Below the pieces are notes generated by a model that did not search any database, had not been told where the DNA came from, and saw nothing but the letters and a program-made list of their open reading frames with translations. Both the position numbers and the translations under genes were made by a program. Positions 13,816-28,101 of a stretch of DNA of 64,000 nucleotides are shown here, one piece after another. Numbering within the stretch: the first letter of the stretch is position 1; every line of letters starts with the position of its first letter. The stretch is from positions 194,990,001-195,054,000 of the forward strand of contig OZ024743.1 of the NCBI GenBank assembly GCA_964016885.1. The letters run 5' to 3'. Origin of the DNA: Eledone cirrhosa (taxonomy: Eukaryota).

Positions 13816-15063
13816 TATTTGCTTCCCATTCCAGGCGTGTTAAGAATTATGAATTATGAAAGGAGAAACTATTAATGTGTTTCTAATGTTTGCTGCTTTG
13901 AATAACGTCTTCACAGAAAATGTGTTTCCATTGTTATTTCTGTTTTTGTACTTCTGTTCATGGGGTGACTTCAAAGCACTTTAGATATGATTCCTTTTCA
14001 AAACAGACACTATAACATGTTGTTGTAAACATACATTTGTCATAGGAGCTGATATGGAACAAGTAAAGTAATGAGCTAGGCAAAAGGAAAGGGAAAAAAA
14101 AAGAGAAAAATCAAAAAGATTTTCAAATAAAGTGTTAGAGTAAGAGAGATGAGCGAGAATGAAATAGAAAGAGACAGAGTGATAGATAGAGCGAGGAGAG
14201 ATATGGCGGTGTTGATAGAGAGATGGGCATAAAGTTAAGAGAGAAAAATAGTGCAAGGGGAGTAAAGATTACATGGATGCAATTGAAATTGAAATGGTGT
14301 GAATAACAGTGTGAGAACACATGTTCACTTTCTGGCTGGTCAGATATGCAAAACGTAAATTCATTATAATTTATAGAGAAATATAACACCAACTGTAAAG
14401 GAAAACTGCTAACCTATCTGAATTCCCAGGAAATCCTTGGGAATGTAACATTTCCATTACTGAAGTAATTGTCTTTTTCATTCCCTCGCCACATTCATCA
14501 TCTTCCTCATCAATCACAATCGCTCTCATTTTCTATTAATATTGCAATATCTTTCATCTCTGTATCTATACCCATACGGGCATTATTACTAAAGTAGTCC
14601 CATGTCCTATTACTACAGTCTCTATTTTCAAACCATTTTCGTTCATTTCCCTTCTCACTAGCGCTCCCTTCTCATCTTTCTCTTCATACAATAATTATGT
14701 TCATCACCATCACAATTTCACATCAATCTCCAATATTACGTATATGTTTGTATATCTAGTTTCACATTAGCAGTTAAATTGCGAGCCTACATTTCGAGCG
14801 TATGTGTCTATATTGTAATTTAAATATGACGTAATAGCCCCTGGTTTACTGTGATGAAACCTCTCGAAAAGCTATTAACTTGCCATTTCTTGAGATATAG
14901 ATGGGATGTTTGGTAACTAATATTACTATGTTAACCATGTCTGCTGCATCTTTAGAGCATTTCAAATTTGGCTTTGTTTGTTAAGTATAGTAAATATTAT
15001 CTTTTATTTTCTCTACTTAACACATTTACAAATACACATGTTTATATAAATATATATATATAT

Positions 15064-16227
15064 AATATCAAGGGAGTGTAAACACAGAAAATATCTCAAA
15101 AGAAATAAATAATTAAATTCTAAAAAAGTCACTGTACTTACTATATGTGCCCTTACCACGGTTTCAGATCCCAAACAAATAGATAATCCAAGCGGATTTC
15201 CATTGAGAAAGAGATCATCGTTAGAAGGCTTTTCTCTCTCGGAGAATATAAAATTCCCGAGTTCAAATTACAAACTGGCGTCATTCAGAACTGTCTCATA
15301 ATGAGTGCAAATGAATGATGAAACAATTTCTTTATGGTACCGTGTGCAAAGACAAAAGCACGATGGTCAGGTCAATCTGTGCTGCTAAAAATAGCAGCCG
15401 TTCAAACGACCAAAGGTTTCTCTACCATTGGGGAGAATAATAATAAAAGTATGTGTTCCTACATGTAATTAATACACAGTATTATCTATTTGTTTGGGAT
15501 TATCTATTTGTTAGGGATCTGAAACCGCGGTAAGGGCACATATAGTAAGTACAGCAAATTTTTTAGAATTTAATTATTTATTATCTTTTGAGATATTTTC
15601 TGTGTTTACACTCCCTTCATTTTATATGTTCTGGCTTGTTAATTTATTAACTTGCCATTGAACCACGCTGGCATACGGTCGGACTATACCTGTGTCCCTG
15701 TGTGTATTAATTAAATGTAGGAACACATACTTTTATTAGTATACTCCCCAATGGTAGAGAAACCTTTGGTCGTTTGAACGGCTGCTATTTTTAGCAGCAC
15801 GGAATTGATCTGTCCACCGTGCTTTTGTCTTTGCACACAGTACCATAAAGAAATTGTTTCATCTTTCATTTACTCTCATTCTGATGCTGTTCTGAATGGT
15901 GCTTCATCGTAATTTGAACTCGGGAATTTTATATTCCCCGAGAGAAAAAAGCCTTCTGACGATGATCTCTTTCTCAATGGAAGTCCGCTTGGATTATCTA
16001 TTTCTTTGAGATTTGAAACCGCGGTAAGGGCAGATATACTGAGTACAGTGAATTTTGTAGAATTTAATTATTTATTATTTTTTTGGATATTTTCTGTGTT
16101 TACACTCCCTTGATTTTATATGTTCTGACTTGTTAATTTATTAACTTGCCATTGAACCACACTGGCCTATGGTGGGACTATACTTGTGTCCCTGTGTGTA
16201 TTAATTACATGCAGGAACACATACTTT

Positions 16228-16232
<5 letters not shown>
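15064..16232. mobile_element. Non-autonomous hammerhead-bearing element (retrozyme/PLE-like): 1.5 tandem units of ~494 bp on + plus an inverted copy on -
   Basis: GAAACCGCGGTAAGGGC at 15521 and 16015; 15064-15479 is the reverse complement of ~15700-16115; (TA)n at both ends; no recognisable ORF. Confidence 0.85.
15951..16031 (+). ncRNA. Type I hammerhead ribozyme with extended stem II
   Basis: GCCTT-CTGACGA-TGATCTC..GAGATTT-GAAA-CCGCGG-TA-AGGGC: stem I GCCTT/AGGGC, palindromic stem III, GUA cleavage triplet. Confidence 0.8.
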
Positions 16233-16440
<208 letters not shown>

Positions 16441-18099
16441 TAAGATGTATTGTGGTATGACAGAAGAAATCTTAAGAAACATTACTATTTAGTTTGGAAA
16501 TGACTTATTCATTGGGAAATAGGGTGCAATTTTGAAACGTTAGCTTCAGATTTATCGTAGAAAGCTTATCAATATATAACCAATTCAAAAGGATACTGTT
16601 ACTAAACATATACAATGGATGAAAAATGTTATAAATATGATAAATGAATGTATAGATTGTAAGGTATGAAAATAGATGTCATCTACATATAATTATATGA
16701 ACAATTAACATGACATAGAATCTTATTATCATCATATATCATCAAAACACATGGAATTTGTATCCTCTGCTCTCGTTGAAATACACTGAAAATGGTGTTC
16801 CATCTTTCAGATAAATTATCTGACCGAAACAAAATTATGGTGAAAGAAAAGAATGTAATAGCAGGATCATTACGATGTGAACTAGATTTAGATATTCTTA
16901 ATATATCACAGTTTATTTTACTTAATGTTTGTAATATTTCCGAACATTATGAGAAAAACTAACTGTAAAGCTGATATTTAATTAATATACATATAATAAT
17001 TTGTGAACTCTTAAAATGAAATAAAAGAGTTCTTTGAAATATGTTGTCAGTTATTTAGTTTATAATTATCTCCGGTAATTTAGAAGTACATTAATGATAA
17101 TCATTACGTAACATCATAGATGTGATATACACACAGACAGACAAACACACACACGCACACTCACACACACACACATTCTATCTCTATCTCACGCACACAC
17201 ATACACACACACACACACATGCATATCTATCTATATATATGTGTGTGCGTGTGTGTGTTGGTTTCTGTTATGCATAAATTCATATTGTATTACATTATAT
17301 CATATATCTTATATTATACGACCACACACAAACACACACATTCACACGCGCGTACACACACACATATATATCTATATAGGGGTTTTACATATAATAACTA
17401 AGACGAATGAATACAGTAGCAATTGGCGCAGAGCCCTGATGCGGTATAAAATAGAGACAAGAGCTAGTTTATTTCTGGTACAAAGATTAATGTATTTTAC
17501 TCCCTTATGGAAAACCTGGGTTTTTTTTTCACAAGCATTTTATCTAGTCCGGATCTCCACTGTATCTCAGTTTCGATTGTTGAAATAATCTCGCCCCCTT
17601 GTATTAATTCATTGCCAGCATCGAACCCTTCAATGTCTGCGGAGATATGAAGTTGAAGAATTTATTAATATCCAATGCTAGGAATTCTTATGGATTAGAG
17701 TTCTTTTTCTCTCTCTCTATATATATATACTCATGTTGCACGACATACCATCCAAGGTGCTTGGTTAGGCTTTGTTAATCTCTCCATCTTTTACAGTAAA
17801 CTTCTCTCTTACTATTATCAACTCTTACTTTCATCCACCTGTTTCCAACCCTATGTTTTAAACGTTTAACTACAGAAATGGAGATGCGAGTGTGGCACGT
17901 TTCCTACACGAACATCAATAGCAGCAGCAACAAAGAAAAAACAACAACAATAAAAGCCACAAAGAATTGAACAGTAAAAACAGCAACTGCGATCAGAAAA
18001 TTGCAACGAGCCAGCGTGGTGGTCTGTATATAGATGCTCGAACTTTTAGAAAAGGCAGCCAAATTCTTCTCAAATATGATGATGGTTTGTTTATTATTT

Positions 18100-18405
18100 C
18101 TGGATATGATGCCAGGTTCTGTTGCCTGCTAATCCCAAGGAGACAAACTTTCCAACTTCAGGCCGCTCTCGGATATTCTTGAGGTAGAGCCTGTAGCAAC
18201 GGGGCTTTTTGGCGTTCTTGGCCCAAAGACCACTTCCCTATTCACTGCTATCGAGGCTGAGTTGGTTGTCCGCAGTGGTGAGCACCCCCACCCCCATCCC
18301 GAGGTGGAATGGCTGTTTCAGCGCGTCTCCCTCGCCTTCCTTCGGGGCAATGCATTTCCCATCCTGTCGGCCTGAACGCAGTGACGCAGGGCATGTTAGT
18401 TAATG
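18100..18405 (+). pseudogene. CRE-clade non-LTR retrotransposon 3' fragment
   Basis: Frame reads EVEPVATGLFGVLGPKT..WLFQRVSLAFLRGNAFPILSA*, the typical C-terminus (QRxSxAxxRGNA) of CRE-like RLE elements. Confidence 0.7.
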
Positions 18406-21400
18406 ATGGAGGATACTCGTTCGGATGCCACTTTAACAACTAATGTATATTTACATATGAAGTAGTTCATTATTTTTTTCAACACAAATGCCACCCTCTT
18501 AACCTCCCGGAAGGATGAAAGGCAAAGTTTTTCTTAACGTTTGAAGAGAATTTGAACTCAGAACATAAAATATTAAAGCCAATTCTTTGTAAGTGTGTAG
18601 TTGGGTGCTCTGTTGATTTCCCCAATAATATTATATCCACAAAAGAAATCTTTAAGAAATGTCAACAATCCAATCTAAAACATCTCGCATGGTAAGTTAA
18701 GTAACAACATGTGTATTGCTATACACGCATATAACCTCAAATACTCTCATTATTTAGTGACCCATATTTAACGTCAAACTTCATTTCACACGCTAAGTTA
18801 TTTATTTGATTTGACACCAACCAATTTTCAAAACTATTTTTCTGTTTCCATTAACATGCTTGGACTTGATTATGTCATGGCATGATAAAATATCGCCTGT
18901 TTTAATACATTTGATAGTGAGAAGCTTCTGATACTGAATAATGGAAGCGCAGTAAAATAAGCGTGACTAATGAATGACTACACAAAACCGAAGAAGTTCT
19001 AATTCGCAAGTCAAGTAGAAAGTACGTTTTATAGTAAGACGGAGTCAGATGGCATTTTGTAACAATTATTTTTCTTAAACTTTCGTTAATATTCTGGTTC
19101 GATTCCACTCTCGTCAATTGATATTATCTTCAACTGTTATGTATATATTTTATTTTTAACAACTATTTATTCTATTGCTGACAGAACATAAGAGTATCGG
19201 GAGTTTTTCCTTCAAAGCAACATTTTCCTCCAGTTAAAGTCTTACTGAGGTACCTAATAATTTAATTAGACATAGGTATTATGATTAGCAGAAGAAAAAA
19301 ACAAATTACTCAGAAGTCACTCTTATACTTTTAGTCATTATACACCTGAAACAAAATTATCTCCAGTAGGATTCTCATCTGTTAAGGAAATAAGAATGGA
19401 TGCTAATTACAGCATTAATATATTGATTGTAATGTGATTTTAATGATTAGCTTTCCCGTTTAATTCCTTTATTCATTTCCTAAAAACAGGCAACATGCAC
19501 ACTGAAGGGTTTTACATGAATAGCAGGTGTACGAGAGGTAGTTAATGATATTAAAGATGAATAGACTTAATTGGAGGTTGCCGAATTGCTAATGATAGAA
19601 AACTGAAGAATCATGTCACAAAATCCCAAAGTTTAAACCGTACCTGCTACTTGGTCGAATTATAATAATATCACACTGTATTCAAGAACGATGAGTAACC
19701 TAAAGACCTGATATGTAATTTTAGTTTAACCAATGAGAAATATCACTTGTTATACTTACATAAATATCTCTTTTTCATTATATTATTAATAACTTTATCT
19801 TATCTCTTAATTATCATGAATATTCGACATATTAAAACTACTAGGATCTTATCATTCCAACTAAAGTAATCATGCAACAATATGTATTCAATGAATTAAT
19901 GTTTATCAGAATGGAATTGCTATGAATATGTATTCTTTATAATTTAAATTAAGAATACATGTTTTTTCAGTTAAACCTCCTGCGTAGCAACTTGTAAGTG
20001 CTCTGTGCGTATTTTGATTTTTGCTTGTTCATTTTTTATTTATTTTTTGCTTTGCTAAATACTTTTGAGAAATATATGACGGTTACAAGGTCATATTGAA
20101 TCTCCAGCGCAAATGAAAATGTGAGAGACTTTATGAGATATCAAAATGAAATTGAATACCTGATATAACTTATAAACTTTACATTCGTGATAGTAAAGAA
20201 AACTGTGATACTTAAGAAAATTGTTTACAATTATTTCTTTAGATTTCATTCAGCTAGATTTACATATATAAAGCAACTGTTTCTAAATATATATTTTATT
20301 TTTTTTCATAACATTTATGATTTATATAGTCGTTAAAAATTTCATCGTATTTAAAAGGTTTATCTTTTTCATAATTGTTACTCTGAAAATGATTTACAAG
20401 AAAAACGCTCTCCATATCTTTTAAATATATTTGTATTTTCTACAAATATCTTAACTGGATTTTAATTAAATATGTTATTTAAATATCTATAAATGCAAAA
20501 ATATCATTGAATGAGATCTATCATCCATTGAGACATAAAATATGTTTATGTATAACGTTAATGCAATAATCTATTGAAACATGGATAAATAATATTACAT
20601 CCCTAAACCCAATATAAAAATTATAAAATGATGTGAACTGTAATAGAACGTGGCATATAAGTAAAATTACTTTATTCGTTTTCAGATAATGGCATAATGG
20701 TGAAACCATACAGCATTAGGTATTCAAAACTATTTATATATTTGTGCAATTCAAGATTATCACCATCTTAATTTTTGAATAGGATTTTACGATAATTATT
20801 TAAGATGCTTACAGAATTGTTCGTTGTTACTTCTACAAAGAGCTCCATCTGATTATCAGATATAATATTATCCATTGGAGCCTCGAGATATTTAAATGCT
20901 CTCGTAATATAATGTTTTGAGGTTACTACTGTATTTCCAATATTATACTGTTAATTATAATGTAGCAAGGCTATTTAGTTCACTATTTGTGTATTTTGAT
21001 ATCCTAATCGTCTTTGAGTTACATTACTAACATAAAGTACCAGTAACACACTGGGATAATTGCTGGCCTTGTGCCATAAGTAGAAACAATTATTACAATA
21101 TAAAAAGGAAACTATTTTCCCTGCACTCTTCCAATGTTTGAATATTCCCAGATATTCGTGCGTCGGATAGATCTATCTGTTAAGCAATTATGTCCTGAAG
21201 ACACCTCTGTCAACTTTCAACTACGGGCAGAACATTGAAGTTACATTTGGCAATTATAACCGATGTAGTGTGTAGACAATATCAATAGAATTGAGGATAT
21301 GGCATTTACACTTCGGACAAATCCAGTTCAATATCACTTGTATAATTTCAGAGAGCTGAAAAAATGGTCAGGTGTAACCAAAAATATTCTATTCTTGATA

Positions 21401-23491
21401 TCCCATATATCTGACTGGCCGGAAATGTTACATCATAGGCAGTAAGGAATACTATGGGTTCCAATGTCTCAGTTCCTAAATATTGTACTTTCTCTTCTCT
21501 GTCACGCATATATATATATAGACATATAACTTTTAGTGATTGCCTCAGCAAAGGTAAGCTCAAATGATAGGTCAACTAACGTTTATCAATCAACAATAAA
21601 GCTTTGATAATTTTGTCGCATTGTCTGATATATCAGCCATTTTGATTCTAAAACCGCCTGGAAATGTCCCTGAAACGTTTATATGTATCCAATATCAGAC
21701 CAACATAATTTTATGTAGGAATCTTTATTGAGTTGCACCAATAACCAGCTTACTAATTGGACAGTTAGTTATATAACTAAATACCTCTAAATACTTGATT
21801 ATTTAAAACGTTTAAAAAAAATATATAAGCATTCTCTCGCTTAGAATATTGCAGCAAACGGGTTAAATTATGAATATCCATTATATACATATATATTAAA
21901 AACAGTAGGGTGTAATTTAAGGGTGATTCAGCTGCCATTTCCAGCAGACGCGCCATTGTTCACGCATTGATAAAAGTGCGTTAGGAGAACAGGCATTCAA
22001 TGACTGGAAGGGCATACTCTGAGAACGTGGTTCTAGGCCGCATACCACAACTCGAACAGGCCATTTGCCCTCAATATGCAGAATAATTTGTTGTATTAGG
22101 GCTTTCTGAATCTGCACTAGGTGACTGTTTGGATTGTTCGTATGGAACATTTTCTTTGATTTCATTTTATTTTTTACTCACTCAATGTGAAATAATTTTA
22201 TTTTGTAATTCGTTCTTGTAACACAATTATATTTGTCACCTTTATGGCAATAAAGAAGTCATCATTGAAATTAGAAATATTAGTTTCAGACGTTTTGCAA
22301 GTAATAAAAGAATGAGTTGTTAGAATCTACTTGAATAGTTTCTGCTCTTCAATGTCGTCTTCTGAAAGAAAAAAATGTAAATATAATACAATGTATTTTT
22401 TAATCATCATCGCAAGAAATTATAAACTTATTTCTTAACCGTTATCAATGAAGCAACTCTCTCTCTCTCTCCCTCTCTCACACACGCACACACAAACCGG
22501 CGCGCGCGCGCACACACACACACACACTGACATAGAGACAGACACACATACACGCATTTTTTTATGAATCTATTCCCTTCTTTTTCACACACATATAGAC
22601 ATCACAAATGACTATACATGGAAAAACGTTAAACAGGCATGGGGAGAGAAAATATTTGTTTGTTTTTGCCAGAGAGATAGAAGTGAGAGAGAAAAGTGGA
22701 GAGAAAAAGCAAAATAGAAGGTATGTGTTCATAAATAATTCTATCTTGATGACTTCTTTCATAGACAAATTGTATTACGTTTTCTTACTACTTACTTGCA
22801 ATATAAAAATCAACTCTTTTATTTCTTTTACTATGTAGACGGTTTCCTACTCTATTCATTTCTTCACTATTTTCTGCTTTTGTCATAATCATATTGTGAT
22901 TTTCTTTTCAAGGAAGAATAATAGAGAACTTATTTGAAGGCCCGCACTACCTGGGTCAGTCTCTCGTATTTCTGAGTTTTATTTCTCCACTGTCGTTCAA
23001 TAGAGTAGGTGTGAAGGAAATATTGAGATTGTTAATGCTAGTCGCTGTCATATTTACAAACACACCCACCTGCAATTGTTAATGTGACGCCCTCACATAT
23101 ATGCCGTAACAATGTCCTTCTCCTAACCAACACTATGAGAATTGGGGAAAAAAATGTTCGGATTTTTAATTTTGTAATGTTCAGTTGTCAAACTAATTGT
23201 TCTTTTGGAATGAAGCTGTAACAGTTGTAACTTTATACAACCATCGAGTAATCGACACAAATAGTCTACAAACTCTGAGTAGAATGCAACTGGTATGAGA
23301 GAGAGAGAGAGAGTACCAGCTCCAGTCAGGTGTAACTACAGTTAGTAAGGTGTTGAATACATTAATAGTGTGTACAGAACTAGAACTCATTCATTCAAAA
23401 GAAATCAGTTTTTTTAAAAGAAACTGCTCTAGGCAAGTAGAAGCCATTTCTATATTAAACATCTTATATATATATATATACATATATACTA

Positions 23492-23573
<82 letters not shown>

Positions 23574-23607
23574 TATAAATATTAATAAAATAGATGCTCT
23601 TTTGATC

Positions 23608-23672
23608 AATTACATTTTATTATACATATTTCGGATGTACAACAGTACGTCCTCATCAGACAAAATATAATG
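23608..23672 (-). ncRNA. Type I hammerhead ribozyme in PLE terminal repeat
   Basis: Minus strand TTATATTTTGT-CTGATGA-GGACGTAC-TGTT-GTACATCC-GAAA-TATGTATA-ATAAAATGTAA. Confidence 0.8.
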
Positions 23673-23787
23673 ATACATGACATACCCTGAGATGTTAAAT
23701 GGTTAAGATTTAATCAAGGTAGTGATTAACCCGAGAGAAAATTTTACATATATAGACTAAATTATGAAATATTATACTGTTGATTAT

Positions 23788-24255
23788 TTACCTAAATAAT
23801 TCACTTTTTTTGTTAATTAGGGTCTCATAGTTATTAATAATCAACAGGGTCTCCATTGTACAGAGCGGGCAGTTATTCGATATACTTGAGTTGCGGTAAA
23901 TTCCACAGTTCCGAATTTTGTCCAAAGAATGGAGTATTTTAAATGACCATATGAGCTGTGATAAAGAGGTGGATGATTTCCTCTTAGAGTTCGAGAATGA
24001 GCATTTATGGTTCGCAAAACGAGCTTTGAATGTGGACGAGGTCGAACCAATGTAGTTGTATGCTTTGTGATCAGTTTTTACGGTGCATTTATAAACCAAA
24101 TCACTATCTAAACAATTATTTTGCAAAGGGCAATTAGTTTTATTTCTACAATTACATTTTGGTTTAGTATCATTTATGTTAACTCTATTATTATGATCAA
24201 TATGCTGGTTTGGTTTTATGATTTTGGCGTTTAATTTGGCAATGTTTTGGGCCAT
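23788..24255 (-). pseudogene. PLE GIY-YIG endonuclease domain
   Basis: ORF track: KCNCRNKTNCPLQNNC..VYKC..YIGSTSSTFKARFANH..CPLCTME. Confidence 0.9.
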
Positions 24256-24443
24256 GTTACTGGTTGTAGAATTTGAGAATTTAATGGTATGTCTATTAAA
24301 AATGGAATGGTATTTGTGTTGAGTAGGGAAAGAGGTGTCAAAAGCTTTAAAGAATAATTTTGCAATTGGTGTTTTAACTGCGACCGAAGCAAGGAGTGCA
24401 AACCATATGACTGGTTTAGATCTAGTTCGTATTCTCGATTTAT

Positions 24444-25470
24444 TTAGCGTATGTGTATTTGAATTATAATTATTAGAGTTTGGCTTATATTATTTTTATT
24501 ATTATTATTAGGAATAATACTTGGATTATTATTATCTACATATTCTATATTATTCATATATCCTGCTCCTTTTAACGCGTTGATGTAGTATTCAGCGTTT
24601 TTATCAAATATATCTTTATTAGCTGATATTTTATTAATACGTTTTTGCACACTATTTACTATAGCTTTTTTTTACAGATCTAGGGTGATTTGAATAGTAC
24701 ACTAACATAATTTAAGTTTTCAGTAGGCTTATGAAAAGGGTAATAGAAGCCAGTGTTTAAGTTAAAGGTAACGTCAAGGAAATTAACTATTTTGGTACCA
24801 TTTTCTACTTCTAATTTAAGGTCGTACGTTTTAAAGAATTCTATTATACTTTTCTTAACTCTATTTAGTTCTTTATTGTTGTGTTTGACCACCGTAAATA
24901 AAATGTCGTCCCTATATTAACCACCGGTAATCTCCGAAAATTCCCAGAAGATCTGTGATTTGCGCGGAATCAGATGCCCCCATAGTGATATCAAAGTTTC
25001 TATCTCTATCTGAGCGTGTCCAAAATTCGTTATTGAAGTTAATGAGAGTTCTTCTGGCTGTTAAAATTATATCTATTTCATTTGTGGTTAGATCAGTATG
25101 CTTATAAGCATATGAGAGGGCCTTATTTAGAAGTTTAGATGTTATAGAAGAATAGTAGCTAGTAATATACATCTGGATGAATTTATAGTTATTCTTATCT
25201 TCAATAGTCGTGTACCATTCAATGACCTCGTTTGTATCTTTCCATGAGCTCAAACTAGATCTCAATTTAAGAGTGGGTAATATTCTATCTATGATGTTTT
25301 TACTGATTACTCCTATATCCGATTTCGATGGAGCAATCGGTCTAACTGGCATCTCTTCCTTAAAGTTTATTTTATGAGCCTTCAGGTTAATCCTCGGCTG
25401 TCTAGGTAAGAATGGTTCAGTTCTTCCTTGTATTCCTAAATTGGTAATTAATTTATAGGCTTCTTCATTA
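24444..25470 (-). pseudogene. PLE reverse transcriptase/thumb fragments
   Basis: ORFs 24912-25352, 24680-24892 and 24444-24650 carry PLE RT motifs separated by frameshifts. Confidence 0.88.
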
Positions 25471-25753
25471 ATTTCAGTAAGATCCTCTAGGCTATATATG
25501 TAAAATTTTCTCTCGGGTTAATCACTACCTTGATTAAATCTTAACCATTTAACATCTCACGGTATGTCATGTATCATTATATTATTGTCTGATGAGAAAT
25601 ATGTATAATAAAATGTAATTGATCAAAAGAACATCTATTTTATTAATATTTATATTTTAATATTAATAACACCGGAAAATTATTTTCCGCTGAGTGCTTC
25701 CAATCTACTGTAAAACTCATTCTTTGACATAATCATTGAATATCGTTTAACAC

Positions 25754-25795
<42 letters not shown>

Positions 25796-25800
<5 letters not shown>

Positions 25801-26702
25801 TACTTGGGGAAGGTCATATCTGTGTAATAATATTGCCAGAACACACTCACTGTATGGTTGGTTTTCGCTTCTGTGTCTTTTATATTGGTTAATTTAATTT
25901 ATTCGGTCGTCAATGTTACCATTGACTGACCAACGGGTAGAAATACAGATACAATATAGACACAAACACATATATATAGTCTATCAAAGTTCTCTCGTTG
26001 CATATCTGCAACATCGTCAGTGGTGCTATTATGTTTCCTCCCGTTGCATTGTATGCCTAAGCCATCTTTATTTAGTCTGATTATTTATTTATTTATTTGT
26101 TTATTTTTTTGTCTTCTCTGCGCATGCGTTTGCGTGTGCGTATAGTGTTTTGTTTGAGGTGTGTTCGTGTTTGGGTGACTGTGTATTGGTTAATGTATTC
26201 TATCTTAGTTCACTAGTGTGTGTTTATATGTGTTTGTTGTTATTGTGCTTGTGTATGTATTTATTTATTTATTTGTTTATTTATACTTCTCTTAGGTCAG
26301 TGTTGTTTGTTTGGGTGTTGTTGTTATTCCATTCATTTTTTCTGTTTAGCCTTGGCCTTCTAAGTTCTATTTCGCTGGCCTCTCTGATTTGCCTATCTGC
26401 TGGGACATTTCTATGTTTAGATATTATTCTAATATCTATATTGTCTATGTTACCGTCGTGTTGTTGTCTGGCATGTTCGTATAGTACTGAACCGTTACTT
26501 CGTCCTTTTAGTTCGCCCCAGTGTTGATCTATCCTTTCACCTATGCTACGAGCTGTCTCGCCTATGTATGTTGTTGTCATGTTTCTGCAAGTACCCTCTG
26601 TACACCTTATGCTATAGACTACGTTTCTAGTTTTACAGTTTATCTGGGGGTTTACTTTACATATGATACATTTCCTATTAGTACAGTGGGTTTTCTTAAA
26701 AG

Positions 26703-26705
<3 letters not shown>
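25796..26705 (-). mobile_element. Second PLE family (Neptune-like) 3' fragment: GIY-YIG plus 3' UTR with decayed hammerhead
   Basis: CxxxxCxxC..CKTRNVVYSIRC..YIGETARS..RQIREA..LNRKNEW; minus CTGACGA-T-GTTGCA-GATA-TGCAAC-GAGA near 25985-26030; (TA)n on both sides. Confidence 0.8.
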
Positions 26706-26777
<72 letters not shown>

Positions 26778-26947
26778 GGTGTCTGTTTGTGAGGGGAGAG
26801 GTAAAAACAAAACACACAAATAACAATTAGAAAATGTATTATATTAATATTTGTATGAAATGGAGAAAATTGTCTTCGGCCTGTTGGAATTTATTCCTTC
26901 ATGAACGAACGTAAGAGAGACCAGTTATATATATATATATATATATA

Positions 26948-28038
26948 TAATAAAATAAAATAAAGAAGTCAAATGTTTAAAATTTGGCTTCGTTTATAAC
27001 TACTATATATATTTCGCTGACAGCCATCTTTGGCTGTGACCTCTTCAAGCAGTCCGAATTAGTGTGGTAGAGACGAGTACACATGTTGTTGAGGTGTATA
27101 ACTTTGTCAATACTCTGATATGCCCAGTTCCTGGTTGGGTTGTTATTTCACTGAGGAACTGGAACCATATGAATTTAAACAAACGAATATCTGCGTCAAA
27201 GGGGCTCTTCTCCTCTCATTCGTCAGTTGTTAGAACATTCCTCAGTCAAAAGTCTATAGAAATTCGTTCTGAGGGCAAGCCCATCTGTAGTTGTTGTTCT
27301 TATTATTGTTAGGTACATCTGACCTCTATTCTTATGTTGGTAGTGGTGTTGTTGTTGGAGTCTGCTCAAAAAGAAAATGATAAAGTGGTAGAAGGAATAA
27401 GATGGTAAGGGAACAAAATAAAATAAAATAATCGAATAAAATGTGTGTGTGTGTTTTATACCCATCTCAATGTTATAAATATTTGTAAGGTCAAACTTTC
27501 CATTGGTCAGTTTTGAGTGCATTCCTCAGTCCAAAGTCTCCAACAACAACACCACTACCAAAATAAGAATAGAGGTCAGATGTACTTAACAATAACAAGA
27601 ACAACAACTACTGATTGACTTGCCTCAGAACGCATTTCTATAGACTTTTAACTGAGGAATGTTCTAACAACTGACCAATGAGAGGAGAAGAGGCCCTTTG
27701 TCGCTGAAATTCGTTTGTTTAAATTCATATGATTCCAGTTCCTCGGTGAAATAACAACCCAACCAGGAACTGGTCATATCAGAGTATTGACAAAGTTATA
27801 CACCTCAACAACAGGTGTACTCGTCTCTACCACACTAATTCGGACTGCCTGAAGAGGTCACAGCCAAAGATGGCTGTCAGCGAAATATATATAGCAGTAA
27901 TAAACGAAGCCAAATTTTAAACATTTGACTTATTTATTTTATTTTATTTTACATTACTCCGGAGTAAACAAACCAAACTACGCATTTTGTCGAGTGCTCC
28001 AATGTGCATACTGAGGTGTTGGAATACAACCAACATAT

Positions 28039-28040
<2 letters not shown>
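26948..28040. mobile_element. Non-coding foldback element (~410 bp inverted arms) with a hammerhead in each arm
   Basis: 26950-27362 is the reverse complement of ~27537-27950; (TA)n on both sides. Confidence 0.85.
27844..27898 (+). ncRNA. Type I hammerhead ribozyme
   Basis: ACTGC-CTGAAGA-GGTCACAGCCA-AAGA-TGGCTGTCAGC-GAAA-TATATATA-GCAGT; mirror copy on minus at ~27000-27053 has TTGAAGA. Confidence 0.82.

Positions 28041-28099
<59 letters not shown>

Positions 28100-28101
<2 letters not shown>

Larger units (their letters stand above)
23568..25758 (-). mobile_element. Penelope-like element (Naiad-like), 5'-truncated, frameshifted, with inverted terminal-repeat copy
   Basis: RT fragments (FDITMGASDSAQITDL; VNFLDVTFNL), CNCRxxxxCPLxxxC linker, GIY-YIG (VYKC..YIGST), CPLC..E; 25492-25660 is the reverse complement of 23568-23755; (TA)n on both sides. 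Confidence 0.9.

Noticed and set aside
23788-24255. Selenocysteine recoding as reported for some Naiad PLEs (also checked 32700-33110)
   Set aside because: Conserved Cys positions I could read are not TGA, and no convincing SECIS was seen
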